From positions 57,102,001 through 57,166,000 of the forward strand of contig NC_043010.1 of the NCBI RefSeq assembly GCF_006345805.1: a stretch of 64,000 bases of DNA, in the 5' to 3' direction. A program made the translations under genes and the position numbers. A model generated the notes under the pieces. That model had not been told where the DNA came from and ran no database searches. It was given only the letters and a program-made list of their open reading frames with translations. The DNA is from Octopus sinensis. Lineage: Eukaryota. Numbering within the stretch: position 1 is the first letter of the stretch; the number at the start of each line of letters is the position of its first letter. This document shows positions 12,033 to 25,820 of the stretch, one piece after another.

Positions 12033-12591
12033 GAGATAATATCTGACGATGTACAAGGTATCGGGCAAAAGAGCTTAACAGACACCGTTATGGTTTTGTT
12101 TCTTCCTTCTTGAGCCATGCCTGGCTCATAAGGGCCGGTTTCTTGGTTTCTTGGTGTATAGATTCCCCACCTGGACGGGACGCCGGTCCATCGCAGGTGA
12201 ACTGCAAGATGCAGGAGGAAAGAGTGAGAGAAAGTTGTGGCGAAAGAGTCAGCAGAAGTTTCGCCATTACCATCTGCCAGAGCCACATGGAGCTTAGGTG
12301 CATCGCTCATAAATACACACATCGTCCGGTCTGAGATTCGAACCCGCGATCCCTCGACTGCGAGTCTGCTGCTCTAACCACTAAGCCATGTGCCTCCACA
12401 CCGTTATGGTGATATAGCTCAATTAAAAAGCACAGTACTTTGGTGCAATGTACTTATGAATGTTGCAGAAAAGAAATATTTTAACCAACAAAATACAGAA
12501 TATTTACAAACGTAAATATCATTGAGAAATTATCACCATAACGATGCCTGCTAAGCTCTTTTGCCTGATATTTCATACGTCAGAGATTATC
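12033..12591. mobile_element. Fold-back/MITE-like element (about 50-bp imperfect inverted ends) interrupted by a SINE
   Basis: 12033-12082 (agataatatctgacg...gggcaaaagagcttaacagac) is the approximate reverse complement of 12545-12591 (gcctgctaagctcttttgcctga...cgtcagagattatct). Confidence 0.55.
12095..12397 (-). mobile_element. Young full-length tRNA-derived SINE with V-domain-like core and 13-bp TSD
   Basis: A box TGGCTTAGTGG, B box GGTTCGAATC, core ctgcgatggaccggcgtcccgtccagg; perfect TSD acaccgttatggt at 12082-12094 and 12398-12410; CpGs retained. Confidence 0.92.
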
Positions 12592-13134
12592 TTAAGAACC
12601 CTTCACGTGGTCAGAGATTTAGGGATGTCCTTACTGAGAAATTTGATGAGAGGGAGGAAGAGCTACAGTCCTGTGACTTAGAAGTCAACTGGGGATTCCT
12701 GATGGCTCATGTATTGTCATGTGGTCACGACATGAGAATGACAAGAGAGCTGACCTGGGGCTACACAACAACAACAACAACAACGGCAATAAAATGGTGT
12801 CAATAGCATCATCTCATCGTGTTACGTTATTTGATGTGGCACTAGTCTATGTCACACTGTGCCATAAGGGAAATCGAAGTAATGAATGAAGAAAACTAAT
12901 ATGAAGGTGTCGTTGTTGCTGTTGTTGTTGTTGTATTGGAATGAGGTGGAGGAGGGGGTGTTTTATGTCATCAGATGGTGGGAGTGGGAGTAGAGGGGTG
13001 TTACATTGTGGATGTGGGTGGGGAATAGTTTGAATTCGGGGGGGGTGATTTGTTTGTATGTGGGGTAATAGGGAGGGAGGGAAGGAATTTGGAGGAATAG
13101 GGGTCCATTGAATGATGGGAAGCATGGCTCTGAG

Positions 13135-13512
13135 AGGGAGTAGGAGAGAGGGAGTGAGAGCGAGGGATACAGAAACAGTGACAGATGGATAGATAGATAA
13201 AGAGGGAGATATTGAAAGATTGAGAGAGGGAGAAAGAGAGAGAGAGAGTAGGACAGAGAGACAGAGGTAGATAAAGAAAGAGAAAGAGAGAAAGGGAGAG
13301 ATAGATAGAGAGTGAGAGAGGGAGAGAGAAAGAGAGAGGGGGAGGGAGGGATAGAGAAAAAGAGATAGATGGATAGGTCGATAAAGAGGGAGGGGGAGAG
13401 ACCGTGGGAAAGGGAGAGACAAAGGTAGATAAAGGAAGAGAGATAAAGAAAGAAAGGGAGAGATAGACAGATAGAGAGTGAGGGAGGGAGAGAGAGACAC
13501 ACACTCACACAC
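13135..13512. repeat. Degenerate (GA)n/(GATA)n purine-rich microsatellite
   Basis: Visible low-complexity gagagagg/gataga tract. Confidence 0.9.
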
Positions 13513-13969
13513 ATGGAATAAGTTGGTTTTTATAAGATAGAATCAGAAGGTTGAGAATGGAGAATCTTACCTTCTCAAGAATTGTAGGAATTGTCTTGTA
13601 TTCTTCTGGGTCCTATTGGCTACCATAAAATATATTGTCCAGATTAACAGAAGTTATCATTCTAATACCATGGAACCTTACAAATAGAGAGGTATGAGGT
13701 TCAATCTCTGATAAAATTGTGTTTACCTAATTATGGTTTTGAGAATTAATGATGTACTTCGTTAGTTGATTGAACTGGATGATCAATTAGAGAAGGTAAT
13801 CAATTTATTGGATCTCTTGTCTTTTGTTCTGATAACATAAACAGTTTTGTTATTAACGAATCCTTTTGTAGTCAGCAACAGCAGTAAATAATGGTGAGGA
13901 GAAGTGGTGGTGGTGGGGTGTAGACAAGTGTCTATACAAAATATAGAGATGAATTTTATACATACATGG

Positions 13970-14402
13970 TTGCAGGCATGGCTGTGTGGTAAGAAGCTTG
14001 CTTCCCAACCACATGGTTCTAGGTTCAGTCCCACTGCATGGCATCTTGGGCATGTGTCTTCTACTGTAGCCTTGGGCTGACCAAAGCCTTGTGAGTGGAT
14101 TTGGTAGACGGAAACTGATAGAAGCCCATTGTATGTGTATGTATGTGTGTGTGTGTGTGTGTGTATGTGTGTGTATGTGTGTGTATGTGTGTGTGTGTAT
14201 GTGTATGTATGTGTGTGTGTGTGTGTATGTCTTTGAGTCTGTTTACACCCCACCCCCACTGCTTGACAACTGCAGACCAATAGAATAAGGACCAGGCTTA
14301 ACAAAGACATAAACCCTGGGGTTGATTCATTCCATTAAAAATTCAAAGCAGTGCTACAGTATGGCCGCAGTCTAATGACTCAAGTCAGTAAAAGATAAAG
14401 AC
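13970..14402 (+). mobile_element. tRNA-derived SINE family A with internal (TG)n
   Basis: ggctgtgtggtaagaagcttgcttcccaaccacatggttctaggttcagtcccactgc... tail gtcaaatgact...agtaaaagataaag; same family at 26139, 59614, 17870, 29185, 44630 and 47625. Confidence 0.9.
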
Positions 14403-14619
14403 ATATGCAAACACACAGACACATACACACATACTTATTCACACAAATGCACAGCTGCATACACACACGCATACATAAACGCATACATCTATGCATACAT
14501 ACATATATGCAAACAAACATACATACACACATGCATACATGCATAAATACATGCATACATGCATACAAGCATGTATATATATGTGTGTGTGCGTGCATAC
14601 ATAAACAGATACTATCAAC

Positions 14620-14870
14620 ATTTTTTCAGCCATCTTGGAAACGTCGGAACCACTCGTACACTCGTGTGCAGCTCATACACTCCTCTCCATACACTTTCTG
14701 CAACTTTGTGTAGGCCTCTGAGCAGGTATCACCATGAAAACTTTCTCTGCCATGGTCAATGCGATGATCACACGCTACACACCTTCCTTCCAAGCACTGC
14801 TGTAACAGTGGAAGTGAACTAGAACGTTAAAAGTTTGTGTAAATGCACAGCAGAGGTCAAGCAGCTTCAC
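14620..14870 (-). mobile_element. Mariner transposase N-terminal fragment
   Basis: Minus frame KVYGEECMSCTRVYEWFRRFQDG, the mariner HTH signature. Confidence 0.75.
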
Positions 14871-15289
14871 TCTGTGTGCTTTAGCTTCGTTACTATGGCA
14901 ACAGTCTGGATACTTATTGATCAAACCTAGTATGTATGTGTGTGTGTGTGTGTATGTGTGTGTATATATATAGGTTATGAGAGGTACTAGTAGTGTGAAG
15001 AAGACCCAAAGGTGTCAGGTAATGCTGAGTAAGTGCTATGGACAGACTATAGTTAAGCTCCAGGTGTGGTGATTATGTGAATGAGGAGTCCAGCGTAGGT
15101 CAGATATACCAGCATGCATGTATGTAAAAAATTAACAGAATGAAATAAAAATCCAAAAATTGACAAAAATTGATTAAAGCAAATTAATCTCCATTATCTC
15201 TTCTGTATTGAATTAAAATTTCATACAACTATTTGTAAAAATCAGGGTTTTATTAAAAATTAAAACCCCTCAGTGACTTCTGGACCACC

Positions 15290-15322
<33 letters not shown>

Positions 15323-15336
15323 GTTATATGCATACA

Positions 15337-15471
15337 CATAGATAGATAGATTGATAGATAGACAGACGGACAGACAGATAGATAGTTAGATAGACAGATA
15401 GATAGATAGATAGATAGACAGAGAGACTAATTGATAAACAGATAGACAGACAGACAGACATACAGACAGAC

Positions 15472-15526
<55 letters not shown>

Positions 15527-15579
15527 CAGATAGATAGATAGAAAGATAGATAGATAGATAGATAGAAAGATAGATAGAT

Positions 15580-15614
<35 letters not shown>

Positions 15615-15760
15615 CAGACAGAGAGACAGAGAGACTAATTGATAGACAGACAGACAGACAGACAGACAGATAGATAGATAGATAGAGACAGACAGACAGA
15701 CAGACAGACAGATAGATAGATAGATAGAGACAGACAGACAAACAGACAGATAGATAGAGA
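15337..15760. repeat. (GATA)n/(GACA)n compound microsatellite
   Basis: Direct reading of the sequence. Confidence 0.97.
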
Positions 15761-16199
15761 TATTTCTGTGTAACCACAACATTAAATCCAAACCATAATT
15801 TCCCATTTGTCACCAGGTGGACACTTATTGGACAAAATAACAACAATGGTCGGCTGTAGGCAAGCGTGGACAAGATTATGTATATGTATAGCATGCATGA
15901 ACACACACACACACATGCACACACATGCACACACATGCACACATACACACATGCACACATACACACATGCACACACACATGCACACATACACACACACAT
16001 ACACACACATGTGCAAACACACACAAAGAGATATACACACAGACACATCTGCAGACAAACACAAACTAATTGTTTAATCAAGTGGAACTGTTAATTCATT
16101 GAAGTAGAACAAACGATGATGTCCTGATATTTAAAAGTAATTGCTAATTAGTGTCTGGAGTAGTTGAAATCATATCTATAAAAGGGAGGATGTGTGTGC

Positions 16200-16620
16200 G
16201 TGTGTGTGTGTACGTGTGTGTGCACGTGATTGTAATTTATGCACATCCACAAATTAGCACGCATGTCGCTCAAATTTTAGGAGGACATTTGTCAACATCT
16301 TATCTGGGTTTTGTCAACTTATCTTTTCCCCTAGGCACCCGCAGATGGGGTAAAAATCTATTTTCAGACATAGCTCTTAGCCATGAAAAATATCAGTCTT
16401 GGCTTTTTTGATGGCGCCTAACAAAAAAAAAAAAAATGATAAAATAGAGAAATATTTTTGTTTCACTTTTAACACGTAATACTGAAATAGTGGAGAAAAT
16501 ATGATATTGCTATGGGCTCACTCTAGGCAAGGAGTTGAACATTTTTTTTTGGCCCATGAAACTACATGGACCCTAAGTAAGGCATGTGTAAAATTTGAAT
16601 GAAATTGGTTGTGTAGTTCT

Positions 16621-16662
<42 letters not shown>

Positions 16663-16680
16663 AACAGACAGACACGCATA
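16200..16680 (+). mobile_element. Non-autonomous Helentron/HINE-like element ending in (GACA)n
   Basis: gcatgtgtaaaatttgaatgaaattggttgtgtagttctc followed by (gaca)n resembles DINE/HINE-type ends; recognition only. Confidence 0.4.
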
Positions 16681-16845
16681 TGTGTGTGTGTGTAAACACA
16701 CTAAACATATGCTTTGATACACTAGAATAAATATCTAGAATTGGTTAGAACAGGTAATGTAATATAGAAAGCAAGAAAGAGGGAGAAGGATAGAAAAACA
16801 GAAAGAGATAGATTGATACATAGATAGAAAGAAAGATAGACAGAG

Positions 16846-16884
<39 letters not shown>

Positions 16885-17219
16885 AAAGACAGAAAGAAAG
16901 AGAAGAGAGGGAAAAAGTTACATTGACAGAGACAAAGTAAAAAGAGAGGGAAGAGTGACAATTGGAGAGAGATAGACAGAGAGAGGGTGAGTAGGGAAAA
17001 GAGAGAGAGAGAGAAACTGTGAAGCACAGACTGAAAGAGAGAGAGTGAGTGTGTGTGTGTGTGTGCGTGTGTGTGTATTGATTAATTAACATGTGCACTT
17101 TAATTGAAAACAATACCTGTTCCATTTAATGAAAACAGTAAATTTATAAAAAGAAATAATATATTTCTAAATCTCTCAGAGAGATTCATTCAGTAGCAAC
17201 ATGATAAAGAGATAGCATG

Positions 17220-17440
17220 TTGTCAACTTAATGTGACAGTCCCATGAAAGGGAAGAATGCTACTGTTATTTAACCCTAGGAAACACCGTTCCCTGTTGGC
17301 CTTGACACATTTCGTGTGTCCTTATGTTTTCAAAGGGGAGATAAGCACCTCCGCCCAGCAAAGCCAGAGACTAGTTTCTGAGTCATTGCTCATCATCAGT
17401 CCGGAGTAGCATGGCTTGCTAGCTGTCGATGTCTATCCAC
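17220..17440 (-). mobile_element. Dispersed repeat carrying a hammerhead ribozyme (Penelope pLTR- or retrozyme-like)
   Basis: Homologous to 6030-6212 in opposite orientation; contains a complete minimal HHR at 17364-17404. Confidence 0.6.
17364..17404 (-). ncRNA. Minimal type I hammerhead ribozyme
   Basis: Minus strand CCGGA CTGATGA TGAG-caatga-CTCA GAA ACTAGT C TCTGG: stem I CCGGA/TCTGG, full core CUGAUGA and GAAA, 4-bp stem II, palindromic ACUAGU stem III, GUC cleavage triplet. Confidence 0.85.
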
Positions 17441-17837
17441 CATTGAAAACATAGATTTCAAGAGAAATACATTCACTGAGTTTTGAAAATAGAAATAATA
17501 CATTTCTTGCCTAAACAACCATGATTTCTGGACACTCTTGTGGCTGACGTGGAACCATCCTGGAACGGACTTGTTCTCAGCCTTTGTTTACTTGCACTGC
17601 TGTGTTAATTGCTTTTAATCTCTCACATGGTAGAATTACTTGATAAAATAGTAGCATCATCATCATCATCACCACTTCACATCCACATTTTCATGCTTGC
17701 ATGGGTCAGACGGAATCTGTTAAGGCAGATCCTTCACAGCCAGAACAACCTTACTTCTACGATGCTGATGCTTGTTTACAATGATCATGTAATGCTAAGA
17801 CATACAAACATAAACACACAGACAGACATATATATAT

Positions 17838-17869
<32 letters not shown>

Positions 17870-17872
<3 letters not shown>

Positions 17873-18012
17873 GGTGGGCTTCTTTCAGTTTCTGTTTACC
17901 AAACCCACTCAGAAGGTTTAGGTTGGCCCAATGCTATAGTAGAAGGTGCCACGCAGTAAACCTGAACTCAGAACCATCTGATTGGGAAGCAAACTTCTTA
18001 CCATTACAGCCT
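17870..18012 (-). mobile_element. SINE family A, 5' part
   Basis: Reverse complement of ggctgtaatggtaagaagtttgcttcccaatc...ttggtaaacagaaactgaaagaagccc. Confidence 0.75.
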
Positions 18013-18629
18013 TGCCTATAATTAAAGGTTTTAATATTGAAGTAATTTTAAATAAAACTTGTTCAGTATTTTCCATTGGAGGAAGATTTTCGCAACAGTA
18101 GTGAGATGGGCTGAAATATGTTTAGCCCTGTTTTCACAGTGGAATATAATGTGTGTGTGTGTGTGTGTGTGTAGAACAGCTCTTCACACACAGACACACA
18201 TACTCACCCCACCCCCACACAGTTTACTTTTCCATTAAGGTAAGATCAACAAAAAAAAGGGTCCTCCATCCAGTTAGAGATAAATGTCAATGAAATAAAA
18301 TGAAATGTCTTTAGACATATCTATTTATATGTAAACTCAAGAAGACCTGCCCAAAATAACAGAATTAATATCCCGAAATCAAGGCAGCACATAAAAAGTA
18401 CACAATACAGTGTTTGGAATTCAGAAGGGCATCCAGAAAGCAACCCTAACCAGAGAAGCTGACCCAAAGCAGACTACGGAATCTGGTGCAGACCATAACA
18501 TTGCTACTTGCTGTTAAACCAATCCATGCCAGCAGGAAAAATGGACATTAAATGATTATGATGATGATGATGTATACACACACACACACACACACACATA
18601 CACACACACACATACACACACACACATAC

Positions 18630-19370
18630 ATATATATGTGCACCAATGTACATCCCAAAACGAGATGGTTTGTTGTTTCATCAAATGTGTTGAAGAATCT
18701 GCATTTAGCATCAGAGCCGGTTTGAAGAATATTAGTCAGATAGTTTTTGGTAAGCAAAATTTGGTCTTGTGCTGCCAATACGAAACCTTCAGTCCTGAAC
18801 TTCTCAGCCACCGATGGGTTGTTGCTTGATCTACATCAGCATTTCAACTTCCAAGTACATACTGTCCATGAAGAGGCTTCTGGCTCCACCACTCCTCAAT
18901 TTATTTTCGCTCATTCTTTTTAGCAGTCTGTTTGATCTGTTTTGCCTTTTTCATGATAGTGGTTTCAGGTTCTTCATCTAATTCAGGGTTAATGCCAAGT
19001 TCCCTTGCTAATTTGCAGTTTTCCTCGACAATAGAATGTGACTTTTTGTTGCTTTCATGTTTGCACCAAAATGCTGCAGCATCCAGTCCTCTCTCCTACA
19101 TAAGTACCTCTTCATTGCTATTGTGGAGGTGTTACAATACAGTCCTACCTGCATCTTTCCTCTTTCCTCATTACTTCCAGGTAGGCACAGACAATCAGCC
19201 TCTCCTTTTGGGTGGTGCATGTTCTTAGATGTTTAATAGTTTTCTTGTCTTCCTGTCCTGGCACTGGAGTTCCATAAGATTCCCCTTAATGATGCTAAAA
19301 CTGTGTCGGACTACTGGAAGTATCCGACTGATGCGATTTTTTGAGATGAGTTCAGTATCCTTCTAAGTGT
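18630..19370 (-). mobile_element. R4/Dong-like LINE fragment (post-RT, zinc-knuckle region)
   Basis: TEGFVLAAQDQILLTKNYLTNILQTGSDAKCRFFNTFDETTNHLVLGC matches the ETEG..AAQDQ / C..C...ET..H...GC region of RLE-type LINEs. Confidence 0.75.
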
Positions 19371-19654
19371 AAACTTATGAGTTGGAGAGGCCACTTGCCC
19401 TTGGTGTTCAGGGAAATCTCGGACAATGGGGTTCCTCGGTTATCCCTAGAAGTCATCCTCTATCAGAAGAGCCACATCTCTATCACCCTCTCCCCACCCA
19501 CATTTTTTAAACCTTTCTATTCTATATACATGTCCCTTCCTTTTCATTGTATACTTATGCTTTTTTCTTATTATTTTATCATTTCATTATATGTAACTGC
19601 CCCGCCCCACTTTATGTCCATCTTTGTATTGTTCCCTTATCCTAGTTATTATCA

Positions 19655-19656
19655 TT

Positions 19657-19752
<96 letters not shown>

Positions 19753-20300
19753 TTGGTCTAGCTCCGGTTCGGTCTTATTCCTGGTAGGATTTATCTGGGC
19801 AGCGGAATACTACCTGTAACCTTAGGTATCCACAAGTTTTCAACAGTCTTCCAAGTGCTTAGACCCTTCCTGATAATCCTTGCTGTCCCTAAGAGACAAA
19901 CTTTCTGTTGGAGCCCTACTGGGGCATTCTATTCCAATCTCCTTCACCCATTTTTGCTTACTGTCCCCCAACACACCAATTATTATAGGCACAACCTTTA
20001 CTGTTCTCATGCTCCAAATTCTTCCTATTTCAAATTTTAAGGGATTGCATGTTTTTGTTTTTCTTCTTTCTTTACAATCCTGGAATCAAACAGGTATGAT
20101 GGGTCGATCAGGAAACAAGTTTGCTTTTCCTTATCTATAATTGTTATGTCTGGTCTATTATTTACTAATGTCTTGCCCGTTTGAATAGGCAAGTCCCTCA
20201 AAATCTTACATTTTTCTGACTCCAGTAGTTTGGTAGTTTGTGAGCTGATTCCTAGTAAGGTGCGTGTTTTAACAAAGGCTGGTGGTTAGCAAGTTCAGGT
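19655..20300 (-). mobile_element. R4/Dong-like LINE 3' end (RLE domain) with (TAA)n/(TGA)n tail
   Basis: NNRPDITIIDKEK...VVPIIIGVLGTV...LQQKVCLLGTARIIRK (PD..D nuclease C-terminus), followed by (TAA)n at 19690-19752. Confidence 0.78.
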
Positions 20301-20874
20301 TATGGAAAGGAAGTAGGAGAGAACCACGATTGTGTCAAGGTTATTAAGGATTTCTGTAAGCGACAGCTTCCAAAGCTCAAAGGTACAATTATGTAGAATA
20401 GAGCTGGAAGCCAATAATAATAAAACAACGGCTTTTGGTGGACATGATGGGGATAGTAATAATGAAGGCATTCTAATGAGATGTGAAAGAGATATTAAAT
20501 GATGATGAGAAGGCTTCCACACAGTTTCCATCAACAAAATTGTGTTCCCAAGTCATTGGTCAATTTGCTGCTAGAGTTGATTACATTTGTCCAAGGGTTC
20601 TGTGAGAAATTTTGAAATGATCTTCTTAACAGCAAAACTCTGCCATTTCCCATCTGTACAATGAAATGGTTTACATTATGGTGAAGCCATTAACTGAAAC
20701 AGTCTGAGGTGTCATGTCCAAAGTGAATCATCAATGAAAGACCGTAAATGTAGGACGATGTCAGGACAAACAAGGTGAAAGGTTAATCTCTGTTCTGTGT
20801 AGACTAAAATCCATTTTGTTTTTGTCTTTGTGAAATTTGACACAAGGAGGTGACAGAGGGGAGATGGAGCACCA

Positions 20875-20981
20875 TACATACACACACACACACACACACA
20901 TACATACATACATACATACACACACACACATACATACACACATACAGACATACATACATACAGACACATACATACATACAC

Positions 20982-21016
<35 letters not shown>

Positions 21017-21075
21017 TACATACATACATACATGCATACATACATACATACATGCATACATGCATACATACATAC

Positions 21076-21110
<35 letters not shown>
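20875..21110. repeat. (CA)n/(CATA)n microsatellite directly upstream of the His-rich peptide gene
   Basis: Direct reading of the sequence. Confidence 0.95.
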
Positions 21111-21118
<8 letters not shown>

Positions 21119-21168
21119 GGTGCCTTCTCTATGGAATTGGTATTATTGAGAAGAGAGCAACAGCTAGA

Positions 21169-21223
21169 ATGAGACTAACAGCTGCTCTTGTGTTCCTTGT
21201 GGCTTTTGCCCTGATTGTCGGAG
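21169..21223 (+). CDS. His-rich peptide exon 1 (signal peptide)
   Basis: ATG AGA CTA ... GTC GGA G|GTAAGA; MRLTAALVFLVAFALIVG. Confidence 0.85.
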
Positions 21224-21816
21224 GTAAGAAGAGCCTTAACACCTCAAACTTTATTTCATCTCAAGTTTAAATTTACTGCTTCAGTCATTAGGCTAAGCCC
21301 ATACTGGGGCACTGCCTTCATATGTTTTATTCAATCTTGTTCATCTCACTCTGAATGTTTCATATATTATTTATTGATCTCGATTTATTGAATGGTTAAG
21401 TTATATATATATATCATCGTTTAACCCATACTAGCATGGTCAGATGATTTGACCAGTGCTGGTAAGGCTAGGGGCCACACCATTGTCTGTTCTGGCATTG
21501 TTTCTATGGCTGAGTGCCCTTCCTAATAGCAACCACCCTGCAAAGTGTGCTGGGCACTTTATATATAGTACCAGTATGTGTTTTTCATGTGGCACCCTGC
21601 TGTGGTGGGTGGGTCTTTTTGAGTAAAGTAAGCTGCTCAGTCCTTAGTCATCTCCTTCGTCAGGCTCAGTGTTTTGAGATCAGCCTTCAATACTTCACCT
21701 CCTGTCCTCCTGGGTCTCCCTCTTCTACAAATTCCATCCACTTTAAGTGATCAACACTTCTGCACGCAACTGTCTACATCCATACACATCACATGACTAA
21801 ACCAGCACAAAATACA

Positions 21817-21848
<32 letters not shown>

Positions 21849-21901
21849 ACCCATGCTAGCATGGAAAGCAGACGCTAAATGATGATGATATATATATATA
21901 T

Positions 21902-21941
<40 letters not shown>

Positions 21942-24076
21942 TATTATAAAAGGCAGATTTTATCTGCCTCCCTTTGGGAGTTATACAAATCTACAATATA
22001 GGATTTCTTCAATTACAATTTACCTAGCAGTTTTAAGAGTACAATGCATCGCGTCATGCCAGGTCCAGTTTTTAAAATTGAAACTCCAATGAAGCAAAAT
22101 TTACAGAAAACTCACATTCTGGTATGTGTGTCAAATGCTTTTCTTAGTCTGGTTTACACCACACGCAAACGCACACACACAGTGGGCAAGGAATAAAATG
22201 AAAGTAATTCACTTACTGTAGTGAGTGATTCTTTCACTCTGCTTCCACTTCCTCTTTACACACATAGAAAAAACTTTTATTTTTTTACATAAGTAATGAG
22301 AGCGAAAGAGACTAAGAGAAAGCGATTGTATGACGAGGGAAGTTCCTTTCAAGTTACCGTGCATGGGACTCATTGATGTACATGTGTGTGTGTGTGTGTG
22401 TTTGATGGAGTGTGGGAGACAGACACTATGTTGTGTAAGTGAAGTGCTTCTGTTAGTGTGTGTGAAGAGACAGAGAGAGTAATGTGTGAAAGAGAGAGAT
22501 AACTGAAATTTTTTACTCGGTTTATGTGTATATGTATGTATGCATGTGTGTGTGTGTGTATGTATGTGTGTGTGTATGTATGTATTTATATATAAAAGAA
22601 AGGTTGTGTCTCTGTCTACTCCGATTTAGATTCCTAACTACTCCCACATTTTGCGATGCAGTTTAAACCAAAACCGGGTATCTTATAGTCGTGATTCATA
22701 TCGAGCCTTCTGGGTATTAGCGCGCGTCTACGATGAGTCTATGATTTTACAAATAATTTACCATCATTTTTTTCCATTTTAATGCATATTTTTTAAAATA
22801 AACGGAAGTAACTCTCAAACTTCACCAATATGCGTGCTCATATGCGACGTAATATCACATCACCAGCATTTCCTCACACTCTCCTTGCACTTGGCGAAGG
22901 CAAAATACCAGGGATGAAAATGGTATATTGCCATCGATTCCATTTGTACCATTGTTAAGACGCCTTCTGATCTCAGAGATGCAGTGTTCCCAGATTTACA
23001 AGCTAATTATCAGAATATGGATTGGATTGGCAAAAAGGCTATACTGGCCCCGAGGAATAAAACTGTTCACATATTAATGAGGAAATGCTAAAACTCATTC
23101 CTGGGGAAGTCGATGTATATCAGTCTATCGATACAACTCCTGACCAGAGGACGTCATCAACTATCCAATAGAGGTACTCAATCCTTTGAGCACCCCGACT
23201 ACCACCACCTTTCTCAAACTTAAAGTTAGTGCCCCTATAATGCTCATCAGAAATTTGGTTCCCCCAAAACAATGCAAGCACACATTTGGCGTTAAGTCTT
23301 ATCTCCCACCGTAAGCTTATTTCAATCTTTGCCTGAATAATCATCATAATTCAGTGCAATCATTAACAGTACTTTCAAGCAATCAGCCCCGAGCAACGCC
23401 GGGCAATTCTGCTAGTATATATATATATATATCTTTTATCTTTCATCTTTTCCTGGTTTCAACCAGAGGCTGAGACCATGCTGGAGCTCCCCCTTTCAGT
23501 CTATTATCATTATTATTATTAAGGCAACCAGCTAACAGAATAGTTAGCATGCCAGGTGAAATGCATAGTGGCATTTCACCTGCCTTCATGTTCTGGGTTC
23601 AAATTCCACTGAGGTCGACTTTGCCTTTCATCCTTTCGGGGTTGATTAAATAAGTACCAGTTACACACTGGGGTTGATGTAATCAACTTAATCCCTCCCC
23701 TCAATTTCGAGGCTTTGTGCTTCCAGTAGAAAGAATTATTATTATTATTCAGTAGTTTTATTTTTATAGTGTGCTTTCACTTCACAACCGAGCACAGCTC
23801 TGTGTGCCTTGGGTATGTGCTGTGGTTTGTTGTGATGCTCTGATGGTTATTGTATGGAAAGTGTTCTGCGTAGGATGTGTGCAGTGCCTAGTAGTGCAAT
23901 TTTCTGTATGTTATATGTGTTTGTAAGTCCTGGTGTTTTTGTTATGTATTTGTCTGATTATTTTTTTATCATGCCTAATGCACCTACTATGATAGAGATT
24001 GTTTCTGTTTTTAGATTCCACATTCTGGTTACCTCTATTTCCAGGTCGTTGTATTTTGAAAGTTTCTCCTTTTCTC

Positions 24077-24132
<56 letters not shown>

Positions 24133-24189
24133 TCTGTTCAACTTGTGCCAAACATTTTAACCCATGCGAGCAACGAAGACAGGCATTAA

Positions 24190-24223
<34 letters not shown>

Positions 24224-24782
24224 CAATGATGGTGATGGTGATGAACCTAAAATTGTTTGCAATTTGTTATGGTAATGTCCCCTCATCCATTGCCCTTCTG
24301 GCAAAAATAAAGAAATGTCGTTGTTGTTCTTGTCTGAGTGTTGGATTAGCAGAAGTGTTTGAGGCTGAGACAAGTTCAAATTCTGCTGAGGACAATATTG
24401 CTTTCATCTTTCTAGGGAGTCGATGGAATAAAGTACCAGTGGTGTCTTAGGGGTTTCAAATAATCAGTGAAACCCTTCCCTTCAATCTATGACTTTCTTC
24501 TAATGCTAGAAATACTGTTGTGTGGCTATATGTGCAGGAATGAAATTTGCTTAGGAGTTCAAATCTAGGTCTAACCTAGGATGTTTGAAGCATCTTCATT
24601 GCCATGCCCACCACCCAGCAAAATTTAGGGAGTGCACTTGCAACCCCTGCACCCTAATTTCTGACCCTATGGTTGTGGCTGTCGTTTTTGTTGTTGTTGT
24701 TAATTTTTATTTACCTTTTCTTTTTTATTCTTTTTACAGTTCAGTCTGGTCCTCGTAAGTACAACTTTTAGATGTAATCATG

Positions 24783-24844
<62 letters not shown>

Positions 24845-24913
24845 GTGCACCTGAGCACTTTATACAAGAAGTTCATTATATACATATACATAAATAAATA
24901 CATATACATATAC

Positions 24914-24951
<38 letters not shown>

Positions 24952-25240
24952 CTAGCATCACCTGACTGGCATCCGTGTCGGTGGCACCTAAAAGCACCAA
25001 CCGATCATCGCAATTTGCCAGCCTGCGCTGGCTCCTGTGCCGGTGGCACGTAAAAAACACCCACTACACTCACGGAGTGGTTGCTTTAGGAAGAACATCC
25101 AGCTGTAGAAACACTGCCAAATCAGACTGGAGCCTGGTGTAGCCTCCATGGCTTACCAGACCCCGGTCGAACCATCCAACCCATGCTAGCATGGAAAACG
25201 GACGTTAAATGATGATGATGATATATATATGTATACATAT

Positions 25241-25318
<78 letters not shown>

Positions 25319-25787
25319 TATATATTGTATAGGGGGGAGAATTCACGAAAGAAACAAATGATGAAGACAGGTGGTGTAGACAACAAACAGATGTATTAGT
25401 TTAACGCTCAGGAATTGAAAAAGCCTTTTATATTTCGAGCCTACGCTCTTCTACAGAAAGGAACACAGAAAGAAACAAGGAGAGAAACAGGAGAGAAAAA
25501 AATGTGTGTAGTGGCTAACGATCTATCATGGCAACTACCGGACAGAAGAGTCACACAGGAGAGCGAAGGTGATCCCCAAATATATATTATATTATATTAT
25601 ATATATATATTATATTATATATATATATATAATGGTCGTGACTTCTGGAACTTGACTGAGGAGAGAAAGCCAAGAATGAGCTGTCTTTTTTTGCCAGTCC
25701 TTCTAATTCTTGTTTCTCTTGTCTGCCGTTGTATCATCTGGCTGTCCGAATGTTTTATTGTCCTCTATTGCGTTTTTGTTCCATTGT

Positions 25788-25820
<33 letters not shown>

